This document shows, one piece after another, positions 9,205 to 18,854 of a stretch of 64,000 nucleotides of DNA. A program made the position numbers and the translations under genes. Source of the DNA: an uncultured Candidatus Saccharibacteria bacterium (GTDB taxonomy: Bacteria; Patescibacteriota; Doudnabacteria; UBA920; O2-02-FULL-48-8); contig CAZSDS010000001.1 of NCBI GenBank assembly GCA_964605735.1, positions 6,771-70,770 on the forward strand, read 5' to 3'. The first letter of the stretch is position 1. Every line of letters begins with the position of its first letter. The notes under the pieces were generated by a model. The model had not been told where the DNA came from, made no database searches, and worked only from the letters and a program-made list of their open reading frames with translations.

Positions 9205-11790
9205 TTAAACTGTTGCCAGGTCCACTTGCTTGATTTCCAAGCCATGAGGTTTTCCAAGAATCTTTACTACAGCGCCTTCTGACAATTCGCCGCTGATTAT
9301 TTTTTCCGCCAGCGGGTCTTCGATCATTTCCTGGATGTTGCGGCGGACCAGACGGGCACCTTGGGCCGGATCAAAACTCTTTTCCGCAATGTAGCGGACA
9401 GCTTCCTTGTCTGCGGTGATTGAAAGCGTCTGATGCTTTTCAATGTGCTTGAAGGTGTTTGAAAGTTCGAGTGAAACGATTTTCTTGATCTCGTCCATGC
9501 CCAGCGGTCTGAAGACCACGATTTTGTCAATGCGGTTGAGCAGTTCAGGGCGCATGGCGTTCTTCAGCGAATCAAGCACCTGCTGTTTCACGCGGTCGTA
9601 TTCTTTTTCCGCTTTTTCGCGGGCGTCCTGGTTTTTGTCGCGCTCAGTGGTGAATCCCAAAGAGTTGGCCTGCTTGTTAAGGTCGGTGATTCCGATGTTT
9701 GAAGTCATAATAATGACTGTGTTTTTGAAGTTAACCCGTTTGCCGGCTGCGTCAGTCAAAGTTCCTTCTTCCAGAATTTGAAGCAGGATGTTGAATACGT
9801 CAGGGTGGGCTTTTTCGATTTCATCGAAAAGGATGACAGCGTATGGTTTCTTGCGAACAGCCTCGGTTAACCGGCCGCCCTCTTCATAGCCTACATATCC
9901 GGCGGGCGCGCCAATCAGCCTTGCCACGTTATGGCGTTCCATGAACTCTGACATGTCCACGCGGATTAGGGCGTCGCGGTCCTCAAAGATTTCCTGCGCC
10001 AACGCTTTTGCCGTTTCAGTTTTTCCTACGCCAGTCGGACCCAGGAACAAGAAAGAGGCGATAGGGCGTTTTGGCGAGCTGATGCCTGCACGCGACCTTC
10101 TGATTGCGGAAGCAATGGTTTTTGTTGCTTCTTCCTGTCCGATGACCCGGCTCTGCAGGATTTTCTCAAGTCCGACTAGTTTCTTGGCTTCTGATTTTAC
10201 CAGTTTGTTGAGCGGAATTTTGGTGATGGTTGAAACGGTTCGGGCGATGTCGTCCGGCGTTATGTCAATCAGGGAACCTGGTTTTCTGTTCACAATTTTC
10301 TGGTATTCCGCTTTTTGCTTTTTCAGTTTGTCTTCCTGGCTCTTCAGGTGCAGGGCAGTGGTGAAGTCCTGGAGCATTACAGCTTTGGTTTTTTCCTCTT
10401 CCAGGCGGCGGAGTTCCATTTCTATTTTCTTGACCACACGGATGTTGCGGGATTTCACGTTGATGGTTTTGGCGTAAGCTGCGGCTTCGTCAATCAGATC
10501 CAGGGCTTTATCTGGCAGGAAGCGGTCAGTCAGGTATCGCGTTGAAAGCTCCACAGAAGCTTTCAGCGCGCCTGGGGTGATATTGACGTTATGGTGTTTT
10601 TCGTACGAAGGGCGAAGTCCTTCCAGGATAAGCAAAGCTTCTTCCTGGGAAGGTTCTTCCACCAGAATTGGCTGGAAGCGTCGTTCAAGCGCGGCGTCAT
10701 GCTCAATGTGTTTTTTGTATTCAGCCAGGGTGGTTGCGCCAATGACGCGGATTTCACCGCGTGCCAGAGCTGGTTTCAAAATATTGGCGGCGTCCAGCGA
10801 GCCAGTGGTTGCGCCGGCCCCGACAATTGTATGCAATTCGTCAATAAACAAAATAACGTTCGGGTTGTCGCGGACTTCGTCAATAACCTGTTTCAGTCTT
10901 TGTTCAAACTCGCCGCGGAACATTGATCCGGCCACAATCAAAGCCATGTCCAAGGTAATGATTTTTTTGTCCAGCAATGAATCAGGCACTTCGTGTTTTA
11001 CGATAGCCAAGGCCAGGCCTTCCACGATTGCGGTTTTGCCCACGCCCGGTTCACCGATCAGCACAGGGTTGTTCTTGGTGCGGCGGTTAAGAATGCTGAT
11101 CATGCGCTCTATTTCCGCTTTGCGCCCGATGACCGGATCAATTTGGCCTTTCGAAGCTTTTTTGGAAAGGTCAGTGGTGAAGTAGTCCAGCGCCGGAGTT
11201 TTTCCCGGATTGACTGGTCTTTCTTCAACTGCCCCCATCTGTCCGTTGCCCATGCTGTTTACGCCACCCATGCTCATGTTGTTCAAATTGATGTTGCCCA
11301 ATGACTGCTCATCAATGTTGAGCAGGTCAGGGAAGCGGGAGACGTTCTCGAAGATCGCGAGCAAGTTCTTTTTCAATTCACCCGGAGAAACTTTCAGGTT
11401 CATGAGAATATGCCTGCCGTCGTTTCCTTCAATGTCTGTGATGCCATAGAGGAAGTGCTCCGTGCCAATAAACTGGTATTGGTACTTGCTGGCAATGATC
11501 GCGGATTTTTCAATAATTTCGCGCAGGTCAGTGGTCAGTTTTGGCTGCCAGCGGTCAGACATCCGGTTTTCATTCATGCGGATGATTTCTTCACGGACCA
11601 TTTCCGGGGTAATCTTGTTCTTCAGCAAAATTTCTGAGGCAAATGAAGAAATCTCCTCAATGATGCCAAAGAGAAGGTGTTCGGAGCCAATGTGGTCGTG
11701 TCTAAGATCCTCTGACAGTTTCTGCGAGGTGATCAGGGCGTTTTTTGCCCTGGAGGATAACCGTTCTAATATGAAAGAAAAATGGTTCAT
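9205..11790 (-). CDS. clpC: ATP-dependent Clp chaperone ATPase, ClpC/ClpB family (two AAA+ modules, Clp_N repeats)
   Basis: 861 aa. Two Clp_N repeats. Walker A GEPGVGKT and GPTGVGKT. Sensor motif RYLTDRFLPDKALDLIDEAAA. The short middle domain between NBD1 and NBD2 suggests ClpC rather than ClpB, but that call is uncertain. Confidence 0.9.
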   Translation of the reverse strand: MNHFSFILERLSSRAKNALITSQKLSEDLRHDHIGSEHLLFGIIEEISSFASEILLKNKITPEMVREEIIRMNENRMSDRWQPKLTTDLREIIEKSAIIASKYQYQFIGTEHFLYGITDIEGNDGRHILMNLKVSPGELKKNLLAIFENVSRFPDLLNIDEQSLGNINLNNMSMGGVNSMGNGQMGAVEERPVNPGKTPALDYFTTDLSKKASKGQIDPVIGRKAEIERMISILNRRTKNNPVLIGEPGVGKTAIVEGLALAIVKHEVPDSLLDKKIITLDMALIVAGSMFRGEFEQRLKQVIDEVRDNPNVILFIDELHTIVGAGATTGSLDAANILKPALARGEIRVIGATTLAEYKKHIEHDAALERRFQPILVEEPSQEEALLILEGLRPSYEKHHNVNITPGALKASVELSTRYLTDRFLPDKALDLIDEAAAYAKTINVKSRNIRVVKKIEMELRRLEEEKTKAVMLQDFTTALHLKSQEDKLKKQKAEYQKIVNRKPGSLIDITPDDIARTVSTITKIPLNKLVKSEAKKLVGLEKILQSRVIGQEEATKTIASAIRRSRAGISSPKRPIASFLFLGPTGVGKTETAKALAQEIFEDRDALIRVDMSEFMERHNVARLIGAPAGYVGYEEGGRLTEAVRKKPYAVILFDEIEKAHPDVFNILLQILEEGTLTDAAGKRVNFKNTVIIMTSNIGITDLNKQANSLGFTTERDKNQDAREKAEKEYDRVKQQVLDSLKNAMRPELLNRIDKIVVFRPLGMDEIKKIVSLELSNTFKHIEKHQTLSITADKEAVRYIAEKSFDPAQGARLVRRNIQEMIEDPLAEKIISGELSEGAVVKILGKPHGLEIKQVDLATV

Positions 11791-11992
11791 GTTTTCTCCT
11801 GTTCAATTATGAATTCTTCAAATTTTTGCTGTTATTTCCATTCTGGTTTCCGGTTTTTGTGCAACCTGCCGACATTCACATTTTTCCAGTAATCTACAGC
11901 CACAAATTGAAAAATTTATAATCTACTATACTATTATTATACCAGTTAAGTCAAGGGGTCAATTGGCGGGTTAATCAATTATTCAGCGATAT

Positions 11993-12445
11993 ATGGCAAA
12001 AGTGGGACACAAAGAACCAATTAGTGCATACGACCAGGCTGTGAAGTACCTGTCTTTGCGGATTCACACGAGTTTTGAGCTGAAAAATAAGCTGAAACGG
12101 AAGAAGTTTGCCGAGCGGGAAATTGATGAGGTTCTGGCGAGGCTGAAAGAGCAGAAATATCTGAATGATGAGGATTTTGCGCGGGTTTTTGTGCAGAATT
12201 TGGTGAAGTACAAAACTTTTGGATATTTCGGCATAAAAAATAAACTCAGACAGCGGGGGATTCCGGACAATGTTTCCGGACAGATTTTGGACGAAGAGAT
12301 GGATTTGGAGGTTGAAAAGAAAATCGCTCAGAAAGCGATTGGTAAAAGTTTTAAGAAAGATAAGTTGAAGCTGGTGCAGATGCTGACCCGCAAGGGTTTC
12401 AGGAGCCAGGTGGTCAGCGCGGTTGTGGGCGAGTTTGAAGAATAA
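11993..12445 (+). CDS. recX: Recombination regulator RecX
   Basis: 150 aa. Three-helix-repeat pattern and conserved N-terminal motifs (YLSLRIHTSFELKNKL...) typical of RecX. Confidence 0.75.
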   Translation: MAKVGHKEPISAYDQAVKYLSLRIHTSFELKNKLKRKKFAEREIDEVLARLKEQKYLNDEDFARVFVQNLVKYKTFGYFGIKNKLRQRGIPDNVSGQILDEEMDLEVEKKIAQKAIGKSFKKDKLKLVQMLTRKGFRSQVVSAVVGEFEE

Positions 12446-12490
12446 AAAAACTGCACCGGATCATTAAGATCGGGTGCAGAGGTGTTTATT
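12444..12490. terminator. Bidirectional intrinsic terminator (CTGCACCGGAT...ATCGGGTGCAG)
   Basis: 11-bp stem with one mismatch. A-run upstream and T-rich downstream. Lies between convergent recX and the minus-strand membrane protein. Confidence 0.55.
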
Positions 12491-13295
12491 GTGAAGCTTT
12501 CACCTGCCCAGTTTTTTCAGGCTTTGGGCTTAGCTTCAGGAGCAGGTGCTCTCGTCGGCCGGCTGGCTCATGGGCAGTCAGCGTTGTTGCCAAATTTTGT
12601 ATAAGCGCCTCTCTGATTGCTTTTCCCTCCTTTGATTTTCCAAAACGGCTGGTGTTTTGAATGGCGTCGATCGCCCCCTCGATGATCAGGTACCTTCTCT
12701 CGGCGACATATCTCCAGTCCGTCTCTATCTCCTCTAACCGTTCTACGATGCTAGAATGCACAGCATGGTAGTCGATTTCGGTGAGGAATTTTATGGCTTG
12801 TTCAACTCTTAAGGTGACCTTGTCGCCGATGGTGTCTGTCAGTGTGATGGTGACGTGACCATAACCATCATCAATCCTGTAGTTTGTGATTCTTAGTCCT
12901 CCCGTCACTTTCAGATTAATCCGCGGTTTGGAGAACCATCCACCAAGCGGAATCGAAATCCCAGGTCCGCTTTTGTCTCCTTGCGAACTTATGTCAACCC
13001 ACAATTCGCCACGGTTCAAATTGAAATCGGCTTTCTTGCCGACCACGTTGCAATTCCAGTAGTCACTGAGCCAGTTCAACAAGTCTTTATCGAATAGCGA
13101 GCTCCAGATCAGCATGTTCAGCAGGATTGTTCCCGCCAGAATCCCGAATACTGAAATGTGTTCAGGATTGACCAGCAAAACTGCTCCAGAAAGGATGACA
13201 GGAACCGCGGTAAACATGATGAGGAGTTTGACTCCGCCCCGCGGGATCGGGAGATAGTGACTTGCGATGCCACAGTTCTTGTAATGGTAAACCAT
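12486..13295 (-). CDS. Hypothetical membrane protein (2 N-terminal TM helices plus soluble domain)
   Basis: 269-aa ORF. Hydrophobic helices (LLIMFTAVPVILSGAVLLV, VFGILAGTILLNMLIW) then a ~200-aa soluble domain. No motif recognised. Confidence 0.5.
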   Translation of the reverse strand: MVYHYKNCGIASHYLPIPRGGVKLLIMFTAVPVILSGAVLLVNPEHISVFGILAGTILLNMLIWSSLFDKDLLNWLSDYWNCNVVGKKADFNLNRGELWVDISSQGDKSGPGISIPLGGWFSKPRINLKVTGGLRITNYRIDDGYGHVTITLTDTIGDKVTLRVEQAIKFLTEIDYHAVHSSIVERLEEIETDWRYVAERRYLIIEGAIDAIQNTSRFGKSKEGKAIREALIQNLATTLTAHEPAGRREHLLLKLSPKPEKTGQVKASQ

Positions 13296-13488
13296 CTTAA
13301 GGCTCCTTTTTAACCGGCCTTTTACAGGCGGGTGGCGCTGCGGGTTGGCCTATAAATCCAACCGGCACGCCAGGAATCAACTCGAGTTGTCCAAAGAACA
13401 ACCGTTACCAGGCTTATTCCCGGTAACGGCTAATGATAGCGTTTTTTTGTGGTCTGCGTCAACAAAAAACCGCCCTCTTTGGGGCGGT

Positions 13489-14391
13489 TTAAAAATTCAT
13501 GTTATTCAGCCTTTGGATGCGGTCTTGAATAGGCGGGTGGGTCTGGAACATTCCCGCAAACCAGGAAACACTGTCCCTCTTAGCCTGGTGTTCCTTAAGC
13601 GGGTTCACAATGTACAAGTGTGCAGTAGCTTTGTTTGCAACTTCCAGCGGTTCATGGTCACTGGCAATTTTTTGCAATGCTGAAGCCAGACCTTGCGGGT
13701 AACGGGTGAGGAGTGCGGCAGATGCATCCGCCAGGTATTCCCGTTTTCTTGATACCGCCAGCTGGATCAAAGTCGCGGCAAGAGGAGAAAGCAGTGCCAG
13801 TACAATGGCAATAATTGCAATTGGGCCTGAGCTGCTGTTATTTTCCCGATTTCTGCTGCCGAAGAATGACATGCGCAGCATCCAATCCGCCAACAAAGTG
13901 ACAAGGCCAACCAATACTACAATAATTGTGGTTAGTCGAATGTCATAATTGCCAATATGAGCCAATTCATGCGCCATGACGCCTTCCAATTCTTGCTTAG
14001 TCAATTTTTGCCTCAAGCCGGTGGTGATTGCCACAACTGCATGCTTGGGGTCCCGGCCAGCGGCGAATGCGTTAGGTGAGCTGTCTTCGATAATATAGAT
14101 TTTTGGCGTAGGCAAACCTGCGGCAATGCTTAAGTTTTCAACCGTGCGATAAAGTTCTTCGTCATCAGATCTTTTTATTTCCTTTGCCCCGGAAATTCCC
14201 AAGACAACTTTGTCAGAAAAAAAGTAACTGAAAATGCTCAAGCCAATGGAGATGGCAACAGCAATTGGCAAGATGCCCGGCTGATTTGTGTACAAAGAAA
14301 AGACATATCCCAGCGCAATGATCAGCGCCAGGATAAATGTCATAAGCAAAGCCGTATTTCGTTTGTTGCGTGCAATCTCGGTATAAACCAT
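13489..14391 (-). CDS. htpX: Zinc metalloprotease HtpX (peptidase M48)
   Basis: 300 aa. HEXXH motif in HELAHIGNYD. Four TM segments. Conserved downstream Glu. Directly follows lemA, the usual lemA-htpX pair. Confidence 0.85.
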   Translation of the reverse strand: MVYTEIARNKRNTALLMTFILALIIALGYVFSLYTNQPGILPIAVAISIGLSIFSYFFSDKVVLGISGAKEIKRSDDEELYRTVENLSIAAGLPTPKIYIIEDSSPNAFAAGRDPKHAVVAITTGLRQKLTKQELEGVMAHELAHIGNYDIRLTTIIVVLVGLVTLLADWMLRMSFFGSRNRENNSSSGPIAIIAIVLALLSPLAATLIQLAVSRKREYLADASAALLTRYPQGLASALQKIASDHEPLEVANKATAHLYIVNPLKEHQAKRDSVSWFAGMFQTHPPIQDRIQRLNNMNF

Positions 14392-14394
14392 AGT

Positions 14395-14943
14395 TTAGAA
14401 CTGGACCTTAACTGGTTGCCCTTCAGCTCCGGTTTCGTCGATGTCAAAGAAAGCTTTCTTTGCAAAACCGAACATGTTGGCCAGCAGGTTGGTAGGGAAG
14501 GTCTCTACTTTGATGTTGTAGTCGCGGACATTGCCGTTATAGAAGCGGCGGGACGCCTGAATCTTGTCTTCTGTGTCTGTGAGGTCGCGCTGCATTTGCA
14601 TGAAGTTCTGGTTTGACTTCAAGTCCGGGTAAGCTTCAGCCACGGCAAACAAGCTCTTCAAAGCGCCGGAAAGTATATTTTCATCTTTGGCCAGTTCCTG
14701 CGGGTTTGACGCGTTCATGGCCAGATTCCTGGCTTTGGTTACGTTTTCCAGCACGGAACTTTCCTGCGCCGCATACCCTTTAACTGTGTTGACCAGGTTA
14801 GGGATCAGGTCATAGCGCCTTTTCAATTGCACTTCAATATCAGACCAGGCTTCTTCCACGCGGTTGCGTGCTGTGACAAGGCTGTTGTAGGTGAAAACAA
14901 CCCCAATAATCAGAACCGCGAGTATAATCAATACAATTGTCAT
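14395..14943 (-). CDS. lemA: LemA family protein
   Basis: 182 aa. N-terminal TM plus conserved LemA sequence (NSLVTARNRVEEAWSDIEVQLKRRYDLIPNLV). Confidence 0.85.
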   Translation of the reverse strand: MTIVLIILAVLIIGVVFTYNSLVTARNRVEEAWSDIEVQLKRRYDLIPNLVNTVKGYAAQESSVLENVTKARNLAMNASNPQELAKDENILSGALKSLFAVAEAYPDLKSNQNFMQMQRDLTDTEDKIQASRRFYNGNVRDYNIKVETFPTNLLANMFGFAKKAFFDIDETGAEGQPVKVQF

Positions 14944-15015
14944 ATTTGTCCTTTGTTTACTTATTAAACGCCCATTTTCTTAATTTTTTATTGCTTAAGC
15001 TTTATTATATTCCAT

Positions 15016-15045
15016 TTGTTTTAACCCTGCAAAATATGGTATAAT
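15016..15045 (+). promoter_or_regulatory. Putative extended -10 promoter for gatCAB (TTGTTT ... TGgTATAAT)
   Basis: TGnTATAAT at 15037-15045, about 20 nt upstream of the gatC RBS region. Weak -35. Confidence 0.45.
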
Positions 15046-15066
15046 AGCTCATATTAAAGGAAAAAA

Positions 15067-15354
15067 ATGTCTATATCAATTGACGAAGTTGACCGAATCG
15101 CAAAGCTGGCACGTTTGAAATTCTCAGACGAAGAGAAACCAAAACTCCAAACAGAACTTAGTGCAATTTTAGACTACGTTGATCAGTTGAAAAAAATTGA
15201 AGGCAAAACTCCGGACATTGACATGTCTCAGATGGACGGGGTTAATTTGATGCGCGATGACGTGGCTGAAATGAACCTGCCCGCAGAGGAATTTTTGAAG
15301 CAGGCGCCAGCCAGGGAAGGGAACTACATTAAAGTAAAGAGCGTGTTGGAATAA
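15067..15354 (+). CDS. gatC: Asp-tRNA(Asn)/Glu-tRNA(Gln) amidotransferase subunit C
   Basis: 95 aa. Conserved GatC sequence (IDEVDRIAKLARLKFSDEE...LSAILDYVDQL). Immediately upstream of gatA. Confidence 0.8.
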   Translation: MSISIDEVDRIAKLARLKFSDEEKPKLQTELSAILDYVDQLKKIEGKTPDIDMSQMDGVNLMRDDVAEMNLPAEEFLKQAPAREGNYIKVKSVLE

Positions 15355-15355
15355 T

Positions 15356-16801
15356 ATGGAATTGCACGAACTGACCATCAAAGAAGCTGCGCAGAAATTA
15401 CGCAATAAAGAAATTTCATCAGTCGAATTGACCAAGCATCATATTGACCGGATCAAAGCAATTGATCCGGAAGTGCATGCTTATTTGTACGTGGCCGAAA
15501 ACGAATCAGCAGGTGAGGCGGCTGAGGCTGACAAGCTGATTGACCAGAATATTTCGCTGTTGACCGGCGTGCCTTTTGCGGCCAAGGACAATATTTTGAT
15601 TGCCGGGTACCAGGCAACAGCCGCATCAAAGATTTTGGAAAACTATAAAGCACCTTACAGCGCGACTTCCATGAAGCGCCTGATGGCTTCTGCTCCAGTA
15701 TTGTTGGGAAAAACAAATTTGGATGAGTTTGCCATGGGTTCCTCCACTGAAAACTCCGCTTTCGGCCCGACAAAAAACCCTTATGACACAACCCGCGTTC
15801 CAGGCGGTTCGTCCGGCGGCTCTGCCGCGGCAGTTGCCTCAGGGCAGGCTATTTTTGCTTTTGGCACAGATACAGGTGGTTCAGTCAGACAGCCAGCATC
15901 TTTCTGTGGCGTAGTTGGTTTGAAACCTACGTATGGACGAATTTCAAGATACGGGTTGATCGCCTTGGGCTCATCCTTGGATCAGCTTGGTCTTTTTACA
16001 AAAACAGTCGAAGACGCAGCAATAGTTTTGGAACAAGTGGCTGGTCCGGATGAGTACGACACCACTGCCTTGCCAAAAGCAGTGCCTCAGTACACATCTT
16101 TCTTAAAGGACGACATCAAAGGTTTGAAAGTCGGCATTCCTAAGGAATATTTTGCTGAAGGTTTGGATCCAGAAGTCAAGCAGATCATTGACAGCGCCAT
16201 AAAGAAATATGAAGAACTGGGCGCGATCATTGAAGAAACCAGTCTGCCGCATGCCGAATATGCATTGGCAGCATACTACATTATCTTGCCTGTAGAAATT
16301 TCCGCCAACCTCTCCCGTTATGACGGAATCCGCTACGGCTTGTCAGTGCCTGGTGCGTCTCTGGAAGATACTTACTTTAACTCAAGATCCCAAGGATTCG
16401 GCAATGAACCCAAGCGCCGCATTATGATAGGTACGTATGCTTCCTCAGCCGGCTATTTTGACGCCTACTATAAGAAGGCTAAACTTGCCCAGGAACTGAT
16501 CCGCAATGACTTCGTTGAAGCTTTCAAAAAATATGACGTACTCCTTACGCCAACCTGCCCGACACCGGCATTCAAAATAGGAGAAAAGGAAGACCCTCTT
16601 TCAATGTACCTTGCTGACATTTACACCGTAGGTTTGAACATTGCCGGAGTACCTGGCATGTCTGTCCCGGCTGGAGTCACAAAAAACGGATTGCCGGTTG
16701 GTTTGCAGATTGTAGCCCCTCATTTTAAAGAAGAAAACCTGTTCTGGGCCGGACATGCCTTTGAACAGTCTTTGGGATTAAAATTAAAACCAAAAATTTG
16801 A
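15356..16801 (+). CDS. gatA: Glutamyl-tRNA(Gln) amidotransferase subunit A (amidase signature family)
   Basis: 481 aa. Amidase signature region (GGSSGGSAAAVASG) and Ser-cisSer-Lys triad context. Confidence 0.9.
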   Translation: MELHELTIKEAAQKLRNKEISSVELTKHHIDRIKAIDPEVHAYLYVAENESAGEAAEADKLIDQNISLLTGVPFAAKDNILIAGYQATAASKILENYKAPYSATSMKRLMASAPVLLGKTNLDEFAMGSSTENSAFGPTKNPYDTTRVPGGSSGGSAAAVASGQAIFAFGTDTGGSVRQPASFCGVVGLKPTYGRISRYGLIALGSSLDQLGLFTKTVEDAAIVLEQVAGPDEYDTTALPKAVPQYTSFLKDDIKGLKVGIPKEYFAEGLDPEVKQIIDSAIKKYEELGAIIEETSLPHAEYALAAYYIILPVEISANLSRYDGIRYGLSVPGASLEDTYFNSRSQGFGNEPKRRIMIGTYASSAGYFDAYYKKAKLAQELIRNDFVEAFKKYDVLLTPTCPTPAFKIGEKEDPLSMYLADIYTVGLNIAGVPGMSVPAGVTKNGLPVGLQIVAPHFKEENLFWAGHAFEQSLGLKLKPKI

Positions 16802-16802
16802 T

Positions 16803-17267
16803 ATGAAAAAACTTTTTATCATTTTTGCCGTCATTCTTCTGCTTAGTCCGTTTATAGTGGCGGCTCAGACCAACCCTTGCACGTCAGCAGGGAACGGCGG
16901 CGATCTTGGAAAATGCGTATCGCAAATCTACGTCTGGTCAATCGGCGTTTCTGGGTTGCTGGCAGTGGTCATGTGCATTTTCGGCGGATATTTGGTGATG
17001 TCAGCCCGCGGCAATGGCCAACAGGCCGCAAACGGCAAAACGTACATTGTTTCTTCCTTGATTGGGATGGTTTTGCTGCTTGGCGCTTACCTTATTTTGA
17101 ACACCATCAATCCGGATTTGGTCAATTTTAATGTCAATCTTCCTTCACTCCCGGCGAATACGCAGCAACAGCAAGGCAGCCAAAACACAAACACCCAACA
17201 GCAGAACCAGCAGAATAACAATAACCAGTCAGCGCCAGTAAACAATATTGTCCCCACAGGTCCATAA
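16803..17267 (+). CDS. Small secreted/membrane protein (signal peptide plus 2 TM, Q/N-rich tail) inserted between gatA and gatB; VirB2/TrbC-pilin-like topology
   Basis: 154-aa ORF translationally coupled to gatA (start 1 nt after the gatA stop). Signal peptide MKKLFIIFAVILLLSPFIVAAQ. Two hydrophobic helices. C-terminal QQQ/NNN low complexity. Confidence 0.5.
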   Translation: MKKLFIIFAVILLLSPFIVAAQTNPCTSAGNGGDLGKCVSQIYVWSIGVSGLLAVVMCIFGGYLVMSARGNGQQAANGKTYIVSSLIGMVLLLGAYLILNTINPDLVNFNVNLPSLPANTQQQQGSQNTNTQQQNQQNNNNQSAPVNNIVPTGP

Positions 17268-17278
17268 ATGTAAGAACT

Positions 17279-18763
17279 ATGAATTACGAACCAGTCATCG
17301 GTCTTGAAGTCCATGTACAACTGAAAACGCAAAGCAAGATGTTTTGCCGCTCAAAGAATGCGGAAAGCACGGAGCCGAATGTCCACATCTGCGAACTTTG
17401 CACCGGCCAGCCAGGAACTCTGCCTGTCATTAACCGTGAAGCTGTAAAGAAAGCTGTCATGGTTGGCTTGGCTTTGAATTGTGAAATTGCGGAATATTCC
17501 AAATTCGACCGAAAAAATTATTTTTACCCTGATTTGCCTAAAGGTTATCAAATTTCCCAGTTTGACATGCCAATCAATGGCAAGGGTCATTTGGATGTGG
17601 TTGTGGGCGGCGAGGTCAGAAGAATAGGGATTACCCGCGCGCATTTGGAAGAAGACGCGGGCAAACTGATGCATCCGGCTGGAGCCAAGTACAGTTTGGT
17701 GGATTATAACCGCGCCGGCGTGCCCCTTTTGGAAATCGTCAGCGAGCCGGATATCCGCGGCAGTGAAGAGGCAAAAGTGTATTTGCAGGAACTGCAAAAC
17801 ATAATGCGATATTTGGGCGTGTCAGACGCTGACATGGAAAAAGGACATTTGCGCTGTGACGCCAATATTTCTTTGCGCAAGAAAGGTGAAAGCGGATTCC
17901 CTCCGTATAAAGTGGAAGTGAAAAACATGAACTCTTTTAAGGCCGTGGCCTCGGCAATTGAGTTTGAAATAACCAGGCAGGCGGAATTATTGGACGAAGG
18001 CCAGACCCCGGCAAAAGAAACCCGCGGCTGGGTGGATGAGAAAGGTATTACTGTAAGCCAACGCTCAAAGGAAGAGTCGCAGGATTACCGGTACTTCCCG
18101 GAGCCTGATTTGCCTGTCATGCATTTTACCCAGGAGTGGGTTGGCGAGATCAGGCGGTTATTGCCTGAGCTTCCAATGCAGCGCAAAGATCGCTTCGTGA
18201 AAGAATTTGCAATGAACGAAAAAGATGCCCAAACAATGGTGGCTTACAAAGAGCTGGCTGATTATTTTGAGCAGGTTTTATCCGAACTTGATGCCTGGAT
18301 GCAGGCAGAGAGCAGGGATTTGAGCATTGAGGACAGAGCAAAGTATGTGAGGTTGGCAGTAAACTGGTGCTTGGGCCAATTCCTTGCGCTTTTGAATGAG
18401 AATAAAATGCTGCCGCAGGAGTCAAAAATTAACCCGGAAAATTTTGCAGAATTGCTGAAGTTGATTGGCACTGGTAAGGTTTCCCAGCTTTCCGCAAAAG
18501 ACGTGTTCGCCAAGATGTTCGAAACCGGCGAGGATCCTTCAGTATTGCTTGACCAAATGGGACTGGCGCAAGTGTCTGATGAGGGCGCAATTCTTGATGC
18601 GGTAAAGAAAGTCATGGCGGCCAACCCAAAGGCCGTTGAAGATGCCCGAATAAAAGGGGAGAAAGCATTTGGCTTCCTGGTAGGACAGACAATGAAAGAA
18701 TTGAGAGGCAAGGGAAATCCGCAAATCATCAACGAACTGCTTAAAAAAGAAATGGGTAGCTAA
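17279..18763 (+). CDS. gatB: Asp-tRNA(Asn)/Glu-tRNA(Gln) amidotransferase subunit B
   Basis: 494 aa. Conserved GatB N-terminus (PVIGLEVHVQLKT...KMFC). C-terminal YqeY-like domain. Confidence 0.9.
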   Translation: MNYEPVIGLEVHVQLKTQSKMFCRSKNAESTEPNVHICELCTGQPGTLPVINREAVKKAVMVGLALNCEIAEYSKFDRKNYFYPDLPKGYQISQFDMPINGKGHLDVVVGGEVRRIGITRAHLEEDAGKLMHPAGAKYSLVDYNRAGVPLLEIVSEPDIRGSEEAKVYLQELQNIMRYLGVSDADMEKGHLRCDANISLRKKGESGFPPYKVEVKNMNSFKAVASAIEFEITRQAELLDEGQTPAKETRGWVDEKGITVSQRSKEESQDYRYFPEPDLPVMHFTQEWVGEIRRLLPELPMQRKDRFVKEFAMNEKDAQTMVAYKELADYFEQVLSELDAWMQAESRDLSIEDRAKYVRLAVNWCLGQFLALLNENKMLPQESKINPENFAELLKLIGTGKVSQLSAKDVFAKMFETGEDPSVLLDQMGLAQVSDEGAILDAVKKVMAANPKAVEDARIKGEKAFGFLVGQTMKELRGKGNPQIINELLKKEMGS

Positions 18764-18773
18764 AACAGCAATT

Positions 18774-18808
18774 AAAAAAGAGCTTCTGAGAGGCTCTTTT
18801 TATTTTTT
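18774..18808 (+). terminator. Intrinsic terminator after gatB
   Basis: Hairpin AGAGCTTCTGAGAGGCTCT followed by TTTTTATTTTTT. Confidence 0.6.
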
Positions 18809-18854
18809 CCGAGGAGTGATAGAATTCTGGAAGCGAGGAAAACACGGAGGAACT

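Noticed and set aside
9941-11812. Multiple 70-200-aa + strand ORFs inside clpC. The same pattern occurs inside dnaE, recG, thrS, the histidine kinase, the GT2 and GT-C genes, and others.
   Set aside because: These lie antisense or out-of-frame within long, motif-supported genes and have biased junk-like composition. They are treated as spurious.
11940-11970. Direct repeat AGTCAAGGGGTCAATT upstream of recX, divergent from clpC, as a possible CtsR operator.
   Set aside because: The GTCAA heptads are spaced about 8 nt apart rather than the about 10-nt register of the CtsR box (GGTCAAANANGGTCAAA). They are also positioned nearer recX than clpC.
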